Origin: an uncultured Erysipelotrichaceae bacterium
GTDB lineage: Bacteria > Bacillota_I > Bacilli_A > Erysipelotrichales > Erysipelotrichaceae
Length of the DNA stretch: 32,000 nucleotides
Direction: 5' to 3'
Assembly: GCA_942492995.1 (NCBI GenBank)
Contig: OW818653.1
Location: forward strand, 330,001 to 362,000
Shown: piece by piece, positions 16,843 to 25,419 of the stretch
Numbering within the stretch: position 1 is the first letter of the stretch
How the letters are laid out: each line of letters begins with the position of its first letter
Notes under the pieces: model-generated
The model's input: the letters and a program-made list of their open reading frames with translations, nothing else
Told to the model about the DNA's origin: nothing
Databases searched by the model: none
Position numbers and translations under genes: made by a program

Positions 16843-19137
16843 CTATAATTCGATATCACGCATACGTTTAGGTTTACTAATTAGATATCCTTGTATCTTA
16901 TCGCAACCTAAACCTCTTAATAGATTCAATTCTTCCAGATTCTCAACACCTTCCGCAATAACTTCTAAATGCAAGGATTTTGCTAAAGTAATCATCGATC
17001 TCACCAACAACATCGCAGAATTATCGGTCGTCATTTTACTAATAAAATTGCGATCAATTTTGAGATGATCAATCGGAAATAGACTTAGATACGCTAAGGA
17101 AGAATAACCCGTCCCAAAATCATCAATCGATATACCAACACCGATTTCTTTTATTCGTTTTAGATCCGCTAATTTTTCATCCACATTATCCATAGCGGAT
17201 GATTCTGTAATCTCTAAGATTAGATTTTGACGATTAATATTCGTAGAAATAATTACATTTTCGAGATTCATAATGAAATTTGGATCATTAAACTGTAATA
17301 CAGACACATTAAACGCAATACTGAGTTCTGGAAATTTCTTATTTAATCTATTTAATTGTATACACGCTTCTTGCATTACCCAATAACCGATGGTTTGCAT
17401 TTGACCTGAATTTTCAGCTATCTTAATTATTGTATTAATTGGTGCTACTTGATATTCAGGATGATTCCAACGTAATAATGCTTCAAATCCACTTATCTGA
17501 TTATTCTTAAGATTTAAAATAGGCTGATAAACAAGGTATAACTCATTTCGTTCTATCGCATGATATAACGCATTTTCAATATCTTGTTCAAGTTTAATTT
17601 CTTGGTTAATTCCATCCCCATAAAATATCGCAATATTTCCACCCATCTTTTTCGCTTTTAATTTTGCGATCGTCGAGTTATGGATGCTTGTTTCAATCGT
17701 ATCCTGAGGATTATGGAACGCGATACCACAGGTAATACTTAAGTGAATATCCAAGTCCATAATGGTAAACGGTCTTTGGCATTCTTTTAATAGATTACTA
17801 ATACGTTCTCGAAGCGTTTCTAAACTATCTTCATGAAGTAATAGAATAATTTCATCCCCAAAATAACGTGCAATTATTTCACTTTCTTTTAATTGTGCCT
17901 GTATTATCTTGGAAAATTTCATTAACGTCTCATTCCCAAACCCATAACCACCTAAACTGTTAATCTTTTTAAAATCGTCAATTGAGATTACTACAACATA
18001 GTATGAGCGATTAGGGTTCGATTTAAGTAATAAACTACTTTCACTTAAATAACTACGATAATTACTCAATTGAGTAACCGGGTCAATAAATGTTAAATTA
18101 CGAATCTCTTGTAACATATGATTAAAACTAGCACCTGCTAAACCAATTTCATTATTAACTTTCTCATCTGCTCTAACATTAAAATCACCTTGTTCTGCCT
18201 TTTCGAAGACATGTCTTAATCGTTGAATCGGGCGAGAAAGAGTCGCAGCGTAATAAAGTGTAAAAACGATTAAGATAAACAAACTTATTAATAATGCATA
18301 ATCAATATAATTCATGACAGAAGTAATTTCTGAGTACGCATTTCTAGATTCTACTGAAATGATTAATTTCCATCCTGATGTGTTCGGAATCGTAGAATAG
18401 ACCGCAATCATATTTACATCATTCATATCTTTATACGTAAAAAATCCTTTTTCCAATTCAAAAGGATTTGTTAAATCAGTCTGTTTTATGATTCTTGAGT
18501 AATTATCATCGATTGTAATAGTCGCATCTGGATGCGAGACAATCTTTCCATTTGAATCTACAATCCACGCAAAACTCAATGTATCAAATTGAATCGAATC
18601 TGTAATTTTATTCATAAATTCTGTTGTCACAACCGCATTGAGTAAACCAACTGTCTCATTGTTTACGTTTATTCTATGCGAGATTGTAATAATTGGAGTA
18701 TCTTCGAAAAAGTAGGGGCTATGAAATGGATTAGATATTATCCATTCTTTATGATCTGTAAATATCGCTTTGAATTGTTCCTGTTGTGAGATATCGATTT
18801 CTAAACCATATGTTGTCCAAGCTTTTCCATCTTTATCAGAGATAGTCATACTCTTTAAATTACTGTCATCAGTTAAGCTTATCAAGAATGTTTTAATCGT
18901 TGGAATATCCATTGTTTGAACGACATTCGAATGTGAAATCATATTAACTTGATTAACAATACCTTCAAGTTCTTTACCAACTTCACTTGCTCGTGATTCA
19001 GTAATATCTTGATATTGGATAAGTGTATGATCATTTAATTCATTCAATTTACGCTCAATTGAATAGCTCAAGCCAAAAAATACAGCTAAACAGACAATTA
19101 TAATGATGGAGATCATTTGAAAGCGTATGGATTTCAT
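16843..19137 (-). CDS. dCache-HAMP-degenerate GGDEF-EAL sensor protein (predicted c-di-GMP phosphodiesterase)
   Basis: TM helix, a ~250-aa extracytoplasmic Cache-like domain, a second TM helix, and HAMP (RPIQRLRHVFEKAEQGDFNVR). The GGDEF A-site is degraded to YFGDEI. The EAL domain is intact (FEALLRW, FNVS, ILEITES, DDFGTGYSSL, KIDRNF, IAEGVEN, IQGY). Start placed at ATG 19137 (MKSIRFQ...). The tracked TTG at 19176 has no RBS. Confidence 0.9.
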   Translation of the reverse strand: MKSIRFQMISIIIIVCLAVFFGLSYSIERKLNELNDHTLIQYQDITESRASEVGKELEGIVNQVNMISHSNVVQTMDIPTIKTFLISLTDDSNLKSMTISDKDGKAWTTYGLEIDISQQEQFKAIFTDHKEWIISNPFHSPYFFEDTPIITISHRINVNNETVGLLNAVVTTEFMNKITDSIQFDTLSFAWIVDSNGKIVSHPDATITIDDNYSRIIKQTDLTNPFELEKGFFTYKDMNDVNMIAVYSTIPNTSGWKLIISVESRNAYSEITSVMNYIDYALLISLFILIVFTLYYAATLSRPIQRLRHVFEKAEQGDFNVRADEKVNNEIGLAGASFNHMLQEIRNLTFIDPVTQLSNYRSYLSESSLLLKSNPNRSYYVVVISIDDFKKINSLGGYGFGNETLMKFSKIIQAQLKESEIIARYFGDEIILLLHEDSLETLRERISNLLKECQRPFTIMDLDIHLSITCGIAFHNPQDTIETSIHNSTIAKLKAKKMGGNIAIFYGDGINQEIKLEQDIENALYHAIERNELYLVYQPILNLKNNQISGFEALLRWNHPEYQVAPINTIIKIAENSGQMQTIGYWVMQEACIQLNRLNKKFPELSIAFNVSVLQFNDPNFIMNLENVIISTNINRQNLILEITESSAMDNVDEKLADLKRIKEIGVGISIDDFGTGYSSLAYLSLFPIDHLKIDRNFISKMTTDNSAMLLVRSMITLAKSLHLEVIAEGVENLEELNLLRGLGCDKIQGYLISKPKRMRDIEL

Positions 19138-19203
19138 ATCAATCTTAGTATAACGATATTGTGAAAGATTATGCAAACTAAAAGTGTAATATTAAGGAAA
19201 CGA

Positions 19204-19232
19204 TTGACATTTTAATAAAATAATAATATATT
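19204..19232 (+). promoter_or_regulatory. sigma-A type promoter of the TetR/flavodoxin/FMN-binding operon
   Basis: -35 TTGACA (19204..19209), 17-nt spacer, -10 TATATT (19227..19232). Confidence 0.5.
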
Positions 19233-19243
19233 AACAGTGTTAA
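19231..19243. promoter_or_regulatory. Palindromic candidate operator (TTAACA-G-TGTTAA) overlapping the -10/TSS region
   Basis: Perfect 6-1-6 inverted repeat. It sits where an autoregulating TetR would be expected to bind. Confidence 0.35.
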
Positions 19244-19263
19244 ATAAATATATAGGTGTTAAA

Positions 19264-19851
19264 GTGACGAAAATAACTAAGAAAGATCGTATATTAAAGG
19301 TTTTCATTGAAGCCGCAAAAAAGCAGATATTAACGCAAGGAATTGAGAATGTTTCAGTGCGTAGAGTCGCAGAAGAAACAGGGTATTCGTATGCGACAAT
19401 CTATAATTACTTCAAGGATTTAAATGCGTTATTATGGGATGTTAAAAAAGAAATGATTCAAGATTTAATTCATTGGATGATGCCTTCAAGTCCTGATATG
19501 AAGCTTGATTTGGACGGAATTAAGCAAGTATTTCATTCGTATGTAAAATACTATTACGATAATCCAAATGTGTTTAAATTCTTCTACTTTTATACAGTTG
19601 TACCAACGAGTGATTCGATTGAAAATACATTTGATTTTAATTCAATGTGGGTTGACACATTTAGTTTTTTAATGGAAACGAATCAATTAGAATTAATCGA
19701 TATTCAAACAATAAGTAAATCTTTAATCTATACCTTACATGGCATATTAACCTTACACTTCAGTCAGAATGGACCACATACCTATGAAAGTGTGTGTGGC
19801 GATATAGATGAAATACTGAACTATTTAGTTCAAAGGAAAGGGGTTCTATGA
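19264..19851 (+). CDS. TetR/AcrR family transcriptional regulator
   Basis: The N-terminal HTH (VSVRRVAEETGYSYATIYNYFKDLNALL) is typical of TetR_N. Start placed at GTG 19264, preceded by AGGTG, because the predicted promoter/TSS lies downstream of the tracked GTG 19237. Confidence 0.85.
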   Translation: MTKITKKDRILKVFIEAAKKQILTQGIENVSVRRVAEETGYSYATIYNYFKDLNALLWDVKKEMIQDLIHWMMPSSPDMKLDLDGIKQVFHSYVKYYYDNPNVFKFFYFYTVVPTSDSIENTFDFNSMWVDTFSFLMETNQLELIDIQTISKSLIYTLHGILTLHFSQNGPHTYESVCGDIDEILNYLVQRKGVL

Positions 19852-20318
19852 ATATAGGAATAATTGTATACTCGTATACGAATAACACTATGTCTATTGC
19901 CAAACGTTTAGAAAGTTATCTACTTTCGAAAGGTCATACTGCTTCAATTCAAAGTATAAAAGCAGATAATGAAAATCCAAATTCTAGCTCATTCCGCTTA
20001 ACAAACCAACCTAGTACACAAACCTATGATGCGATTATATTTGGATCTTGTGTTAGAGGATTTGATTGTGCACCGATTTTTAAAGAGTATATTTAAAATG
20101 TAAATTCATTGTCGAACAAGAAAATTGCAGGATTTGTGAGTCAATATTTCCCATTTGATTCTATGGGAGGTAATCAAGCTTTAGGAAGTATGGAACGTAT
20201 AATCCATCAAAAAAATGCTCAAATAAATAAACTAGGTAGTATCCATATGAAGTTTCGCAACGTAGATAAACAAGTAGAACAGTTATGTAATAATTGTAAT
20301 CAATGGTTAGTTTCATGA
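19848..20318 (+). pseudogene. Flavodoxin-like protein interrupted by a single in-frame TAA (20094..20096)
   Basis: Tracked ORFs 19848..20096 and 20109..20318 are in the same frame. The joined product reads ...GFDCAPIFKEYI*NVNSLSNKKIAGFVSQYFPFDSMGGNQALG..., which looks like one continuous small flavodoxin-fold protein (IGIIVYSYTNNT at the N-terminus). The start overlaps the TetR stop (ATGA). Confidence 0.7.
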
Positions 20319-20692
20319 AATTAATTCGTATTATTGTAGTCATAGTGGTAATTGTATTTATTGGAATCTTCATTGCGTATAAATGGATTGATAATAACTT
20401 AAATCAATTATTAACAGAAGAGATTGATACCGTTAATTTATCGCAAATTGATGATGGGACATATCCTGGTAAAGCTTCCACATTCCCAATTGAAGTTGAA
20501 GTACTTGTGGAAGTATCTGATCACAAAATTACGAATATTGATTTAGTAAAACATGTGAATGGGCAAGGGAATGATGCGATAAAAATAATTGATCGTGTTA
20601 TCGACCAGAATTCCATTGATGTCGATGTGATTAGCGGTGCGTCATACAGTAGTCATGTTATTCTAAATGCGATTTCTGATGCGTTGAACTAA
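20315..20692 (+). CDS. Membrane-anchored FMN-binding domain protein
   Basis: N-terminal TM helix (LIRIIVVIVVIVFIGIFIAY), then an FMN_bind-like domain ending in DVISGASYSS. ATG 20315 overlaps the upstream stop (ATGA). A terminator follows. Confidence 0.8.
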   Translation: MKLIRIIVVIVVIVFIGIFIAYKWIDNNLNQLLTEEIDTVNLSQIDDGTYPGKASTFPIEVEVLVEVSDHKITNIDLVKHVNGQGNDAIKIIDRVIDQNSIDVDVISGASYSSHVILNAISDALN

Positions 20693-20693
20693 A

Positions 20694-20726
20694 AAAAGAT
20701 TGGAAACATTATGTTCCAATCTTTTT
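20694..20726. terminator. Bidirectional intrinsic terminator between the FMN-binding gene and the convergent HD-GYP gene
   Basis: AAAAGATTGGAA (20694..20705) pairs with TTCCAATCTTTT (20714..20725). It is flanked by an A-run upstream and T-rich sequence downstream. Confidence 0.65.
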
Positions 20727-20728
20727 AT

Positions 20729-21844
20729 TTAATTTCTCGAACTTTCCCAAACTTTTCGTATCGCTTCAATTTCGGTTAAAAATGCCTTAACAACATCTGG
20801 ATCAAACTGTGTTGCACTCTTAGATTTAATGTATTGGGTTGTTTTTTCAATACTCCAAGCTTCTTTATAGACACGTTTATTACTCAATGCGTCAAATACA
20901 TCCACAATCGCCATAACTCTTGCGGAAAGTGGTATTTGTTCCTTAGCTAATCCTTCAGGATAGCCTGTCCCATCCCAATGTTCATGGTGATATTTTGCGA
21001 TATTAAGTGCTTCTTTAAAGAATTCAACTGAATCGCTTGTACTGTTGTTATGCATTAAATCAGTTATGAAAGATGTATCAACCGCATGTTTAATCGTATT
21101 ATACCCAATCGTTGTATGTGATTTAATTACATCAAATTCATCTGATGATAACTTACCACTCTTCATCAAAATCGTATCTGGAATCCCCATTTTACCAATA
21201 TCATGCAATGGACTAGCTTTAACTGTTCGAATTATATAACGCTCATCAATGACTGAAGAGTAACGCTCATTTTCTTGTAACTTGCGCATAATAATTTCAT
21301 AATAACTCTTCGTACGTGATATATGGAAGGCGGAATCTGGATCACGTGTCTCTACTAATTGAGTAACGATATCCAAGGATACATCAAATGTTAATTGTAA
21401 ATCATACATACGTTTTGTAACTTCATTCTCAATCCATTGGGTTTGATTCTTAAGTTGATCCTTCGCTTTTTTTAGTTCTAACAGTGAACGAACACGTGCT
21501 AAAAGCACATTAGCTTTAAATGGTTTAATGACATAATCCTGTGCACTCGATAAATTGAATGCACTATCATCTTTAATATTTTCACTTGCTAACATAAAAA
21601 TAACCGGAATATCGATTAAGTTAGAATTAGTACGTAATTTATCTAATACATCATGACCTGTTAATCCTGGTAAATTAACATCTAACAGGATAATATCAGG
21701 TGCTTTTTTTACTTTCAGATAATTTAACATATCTAATCCATTTTTGAACGGTATAACTTGACCAAGTGGACTCAAAATCCGTTCTAAAACAGTTAAGTTA
21801 GTAGTTTCATCATCTACTATAATTATTTCTACTTTATTGGACAT
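20729..21844 (-). CDS. Response regulator with HD-GYP output domain (RpfG-type c-di-GMP phosphodiesterase)
   Basis: REC domain (IIIVDDETTNL..., DIILLDVNLPGLTG, K in VIKPF). HD-GYP signatures HDIGKMGIPDTIL and HHEHWDGTGYPEGL. RBS AGAGG. No histidine kinase lies next to it. Confidence 0.9.
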   Translation of the reverse strand: MSNKVEIIIVDDETTNLTVLERILSPLGQVIPFKNGLDMLNYLKVKKAPDIILLDVNLPGLTGHDVLDKLRTNSNLIDIPVIFMLASENIKDDSAFNLSSAQDYVIKPFKANVLLARVRSLLELKKAKDQLKNQTQWIENEVTKRMYDLQLTFDVSLDIVTQLVETRDPDSAFHISRTKSYYEIIMRKLQENERYSSVIDERYIIRTVKASPLHDIGKMGIPDTILMKSGKLSSDEFDVIKSHTTIGYNTIKHAVDTSFITDLMHNNSTSDSVEFFKEALNIAKYHHEHWDGTGYPEGLAKEQIPLSARVMAIVDVFDALSNKRVYKEAWSIEKTTQYIKSKSATQFDPDVVKAFLTEIEAIRKVWESSRN

Positions 21845-21995
21845 AATAACCTCTGTTAATTAATAGGCATATTGTATAACTAAACAATCAATTTTACAAT
21901 CTGACAACATTCCGCTTTGACATAAGTAATTAATATTTATTAAATAATTGATGCAAATTTTTTACGATAGTGTATAGTAAATAAACAGAGAACCT

Positions 21996-23699
21996 ATGAA
22001 GAACATTAGAATTATTGTTGTGCTAGTCGCATTTTCGCTTGTACTATTCTTCTGGACATTAAGTAAAGATAGTATAAATGAAATTGATTTAAATGCGAAT
22101 AATGGGCAACTTAAAATTAATGAAATAAATGATAAAAATGTTTATCGTTTAAATGGAGAATGGGAATTTTATCCCAGTGTTTTTTTATTGGATGATTCAG
22201 ATGTTCTCTATAAATTAGCACCAGAATATAAACAATTATCACACACTTGGCAAGATGATGAAGATTTCGAAAATGGTTCTGGTTATGCGACATATAGACT
22301 TACATTAAATGGTTTAGATCCAGATGAAGAGTATGGAATATTGCTTGAAGAAGCTGGTTCAAGTTATCAACTTTGGGTTAATGATGAATTGAAACTATCG
22401 AATGGAGAGATTGCGAAGAACGCATTGATTTCAAAAGGAGCTAGTTATACGGATAAGAGTGTGTTTAGAAGTGATGAAGTAGGAAATGCGACAATCGTAT
22501 TAGAAGTTTCAAATTATACACTTTCTGACGGCAGTATTAAATTTGCCCCAATGATTGGGACAGTCGATGATGTCTATTATTTCTTTGAGACTTCATTAAT
22601 TGTCGAAATGTTTGTATTCTCTTCACTCACAATGGTTACAGTTATATTTATTCTCTTAGCCATTATCGTTAAAGATCGACGTTCATTGTTTATGGCATCG
22701 TTATGTGCACTCTTCGCATTACGTGTAATAAGTACAGGGAATCATATTGTTTACTTACTCAATCCATATTATGAATTCTCACTTATATGGATTTTACGAT
22801 TTGAATATTTGTCTGTATTTTTGATGTTACCGGTATTTACGTTATTGGCGAATACATTTAAAGTATTTAATTTCTCAAAACGTTACCAAGATATTTCGTA
22901 TGGTCTCTTAGTGTTCTTCCCAGTCGTATCAATCATGGTTGATCATTCTGGATTAGAATTTATCTATCTGATTTTCCAGGTATTAGTCGCTTTATATGGT
23001 ATCCATTTTCTATATCATACAATCACATCGTATCGTAAAGAACATTTAGGAGTTTCGTCGATTATCGTACTATCTATTTCAATTATTGGAGCTTTATTAT
23101 CATTATTTTATTTCAATGATTCACGTTATACATCATATTTCTTAATCTTCATCTTCTTGTTATTTATCAATACTACCGTATTGAATCGTTTCTCTATTAT
23201 TCATTCACGTTCTGAACATCTCGAGAATATCGTAAAGATTGATCCATTAACTAAGTTATGGAATCGTTCTTATTTAAATGAATTGAAGTTTGAACCATCT
23301 AAGTATGATGTGGATGAAGTTATTTATGTGTTATTCATCGATTTAAATGGATTTAAAGAGATAAACGATAAACATGGGCATAAAGTTGGCGATGAAGTAT
23401 TACGAATCACAGCACGTCGCTTACGCAATAGTTGTCATGAATCGGATATGATATTTAGACTTGGTGGAGATGAATTCATCGTGATAGCACGTATGAAATC
23501 AGGTAATTCCATAGAAAAAGTTATCAAACGTATTCGTGATAACTTTAATGAGCCATTTACTTTAGTAGACATTAAACTAAATCTAAGCCTTGCGATTGGT
23601 TACCAAGAATTTAATCCTAGTATGGATGATATTGAATCAATCATCGCAATTAGTGATAAGAAGATGTATGAAGATAAGCGAAGACAAATTAATCAGTAA
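21996..23699 (+). CDS. 7TMR-DISM sensor diguanylate cyclase (GGDEF)
   Basis: Signal/TM helix, an extracellular carbohydrate-binding-like domain (LNGEWEFYPSVF...), seven predicted TM helices, then GGDEF with an intact A-site (RLGGDEF). The position corresponding to the RxxD I-site reads HESD. Confidence 0.9.
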   Translation: MKNIRIIVVLVAFSLVLFFWTLSKDSINEIDLNANNGQLKINEINDKNVYRLNGEWEFYPSVFLLDDSDVLYKLAPEYKQLSHTWQDDEDFENGSGYATYRLTLNGLDPDEEYGILLEEAGSSYQLWVNDELKLSNGEIAKNALISKGASYTDKSVFRSDEVGNATIVLEVSNYTLSDGSIKFAPMIGTVDDVYYFFETSLIVEMFVFSSLTMVTVIFILLAIIVKDRRSLFMASLCALFALRVISTGNHIVYLLNPYYEFSLIWILRFEYLSVFLMLPVFTLLANTFKVFNFSKRYQDISYGLLVFFPVVSIMVDHSGLEFIYLIFQVLVALYGIHFLYHTITSYRKEHLGVSSIIVLSISIIGALLSLFYFNDSRYTSYFLIFIFLLFINTTVLNRFSIIHSRSEHLENIVKIDPLTKLWNRSYLNELKFEPSKYDVDEVIYVLFIDLNGFKEINDKHGHKVGDEVLRITARRLRNSCHESDMIFRLGGDEFIVIARMKSGNSIEKVIKRIRDNFNEPFTLVDIKLNLSLAIGYQEFNPSMDDIESIIAISDKKMYEDKRRQINQ

Positions 23700-23973
23700 A
23701 CAAAACATCTTGATATTCAGGATGTTTTTCAAATTCCTGTTTAGCGTAGGCACATTGAATTTTTAGTTTAAACTTTTCGTTACGCGCAACTTCAACGACA
23801 TACTTAACGAGTGCTCTACCGATGCCTTGACCTTTAAGTTGTTCGGATACTTCCGTATGAGTTAGGATCATTCCATAGTCAGTATTCTCAAATTCAAGCT
23901 TCGCAAGAGCTTCTTCGTATCGATCACCGATATAAAATGCTTGTGTATTTTGTTTGATTTCCATATTGACCAA
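23689..23973 (-). CDS. Small GNAT-like N-acetyltransferase domain protein (YjdJ-like)
   Basis: 94 aa. QLKGQGIGRALVKYVVEVAR is an acetyl-CoA-binding-type Q/RxxGxG/A motif and CAYAKQEF lies near the C-terminus. The start is either TTG 23973 or ATG 23964. The 3' end overlaps the convergent GGDEF gene by 11 nt. Confidence 0.75.
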   Translation of the reverse strand: MVNMEIKQNTQAFYIGDRYEEALAKLEFENTDYGMILTHTEVSEQLKGQGIGRALVKYVVEVARNEKFKLKIQCAYAKQEFEKHPEYQDVLFTD

Positions 23974-24094
23974 TTTACCTCTTTATTAGTATACATAAAA
24001 AGTATGTTTAAATTAATAGAAATGACTCTAAAACAGGATATTTGGTAGAAAAGATGAAATATGGCATAATGGATTAAACAAATCAGGAGGAAAT

Positions 24095-24742
24095 ATGCCT
24101 TCACAATTCGAATTAGTTTTATTTATCCGTTTACTTGTATCAGTACTTTTAGGCGTTTTAATTGGATTTGAACGAACCAACCGATATAAAGAAGCAGGAA
24201 TTCGTACCCATGCGATTGTCGCACTTGGGTCATGTTTACTGATGATATTATCAAAATATGGTTTTCCTGAGTCAATTAACGCAGATCATTCACGTATCGC
24301 AGCTCAAGTAGTAACCGGGATTGGTTTTCTTGGGGCTGGGATGATTCTTGTGAGAAAGAATACTGTAAGTGGTTTAACGACTGCGGCTGGAATATGGACA
24401 ACATCGGCAGTAGGGATGACCATCGGCGCTGGAATGTATTTTATTGGAGTTAGTACAGCTCTATTGATTATCATTGTACAACTCGTATTCCATACAAAAT
24501 GGTTTAGTCGATTTGATCGATCGAATGATACGTTTATGGTGAATTGTAATGTCACGCTAATCCGTGAAATTATCGATTATATTAAAAGTTTAAATATAGA
24601 GATTGTAATGTATCGCGTAGGAGAAATGGAATCAAATCGTGTCAATATCGAACTTGTTTTACGCTATCCAGCAGGGTTGAATAAACAAATTCTTAAAGAA
24701 AAAATGTTAAATCGATTGACGGATTTGGATGTGGAAGAATGA
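24095..24742 (+). CDS. mgtC: MgtC/SapB family membrane protein
   Basis: LLVSVLLGVLIGFERTNRYKEAGIRTHAIVALGSCL and GIGFLGAGMIL are hallmark MgtC segments. A C-terminal soluble ACT-like domain follows. RBS AGGAGG. Confidence 0.9.
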   Translation: MPSQFELVLFIRLLVSVLLGVLIGFERTNRYKEAGIRTHAIVALGSCLLMILSKYGFPESINADHSRIAAQVVTGIGFLGAGMILVRKNTVSGLTTAAGIWTTSAVGMTIGAGMYFIGVSTALLIIIVQLVFHTKWFSRFDRSNDTFMVNCNVTLIREIIDYIKSLNIEIVMYRVGEMESNRVNIELVLRYPAGLNKQILKEKMLNRLTDLDVEE

Positions 24743-25353
24743 AGCGATATAAAAATATTGTGTTTGATATGGGGAATGTATTGTTAGATTATTCTCCGCA
24801 TTTAATGGTCGCAAACTTCACCGATGATATACAGTTAGTACAAATACTCGTCAATGAGATTTTCTATAAACAAGAATGGTTAGATCTTGATCAAGGAATT
24901 ATTACCGAAGATGAGGCAATTAATACCATTTCTAAACGTATTGATTTAAAGTATTTGGATTTAGTTAAACAGATTTTCAATCAATGGCATTTATTTCTTA
25001 CAGAACGTGTAGAAATGATCGATTTACTCAATTTATTAAAGTCAAAAGGGTATAAATTGTATCTATTCTCTAACGCATCATTACGTTTTTATCATTATGT
25101 TAATAAGTTTAAATGTTTAGATTACTTCGATCATAAAGTCATATCAGCAGATTTGAAAGTGTCTAAACCTGATCTAGAATTTTATCGAAAAGCATCTGAA
25201 ATATGCCAAATCAATTTAAGCGAAAGCTTCTTTATTGATGATAGTGCGATAAATATTATAGAAGCGAATAAACTTAGCATGGATGGTTATATCTATAATG
25301 GAACATTTAGATTACTGATAGAGTATCTTAAAAAGGTAAATATTATTGATTAA
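24739..25353 (+). CDS. HAD superfamily hydrolase
   Basis: Motif I reads IVFDMGNVLLDY; the SN (FSNAS), K (KVSKPD) and DD (FIDDS) motifs are also present. The start overlaps the mgtC stop (ATGA). Confidence 0.8.
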   Translation: MKRYKNIVFDMGNVLLDYSPHLMVANFTDDIQLVQILVNEIFYKQEWLDLDQGIITEDEAINTISKRIDLKYLDLVKQIFNQWHLFLTERVEMIDLLNLLKSKGYKLYLFSNASLRFYHYVNKFKCLDYFDHKVISADLKVSKPDLEFYRKASEICQINLSESFFIDDSAINIIEANKLSMDGYIYNGTFRLLIEYLKKVNIID

Positions 25354-25380
25354 TATGCAAATGCAAATCATTTGCATATT
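25352..25380. promoter_or_regulatory. Palindromic element upstream of znuA (candidate Zur box and/or HAD-gene terminator)
   Basis: AATATGCAAATG (25352..25363) pairs with CATTTGCATATT (25369..25380). Inside it lies a second register, the 7-1-7 repeat TGCAAAT-C-ATTTGCA (25362..25376). TTTTATTTT follows. Confidence 0.4.
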
Positions 25381-25419
25381 TTATTTTACGGTTCTATAAT
25401 CAATTTAGGAGTGAATCGT

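Noticed and set aside
20161..21239. ORFs 20161..20373 (minus) and 21045..21239 (plus)
   Set aside because: They are antisense to the flavodoxin/FMN-binding genes and to the HD-GYP gene respectively. No independent support exists for either.
23974..24094. A possible M-box (Mg2+) riboswitch in front of mgtC
   Set aside because: The region is about 120 nt of AT-rich sequence containing a promoter-like TTGGTA-17-CATAAT. That is far too short and unstructured for an M-box, and no terminator hairpin is present.
23868..24555. ORFs 23868..24104 (minus) and 24304..24555 (minus)
   Set aside because: The first overlaps the GNAT 5' end and the mgtC promoter region. The second is antisense inside mgtC. 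Neither has a motif or an RBS.
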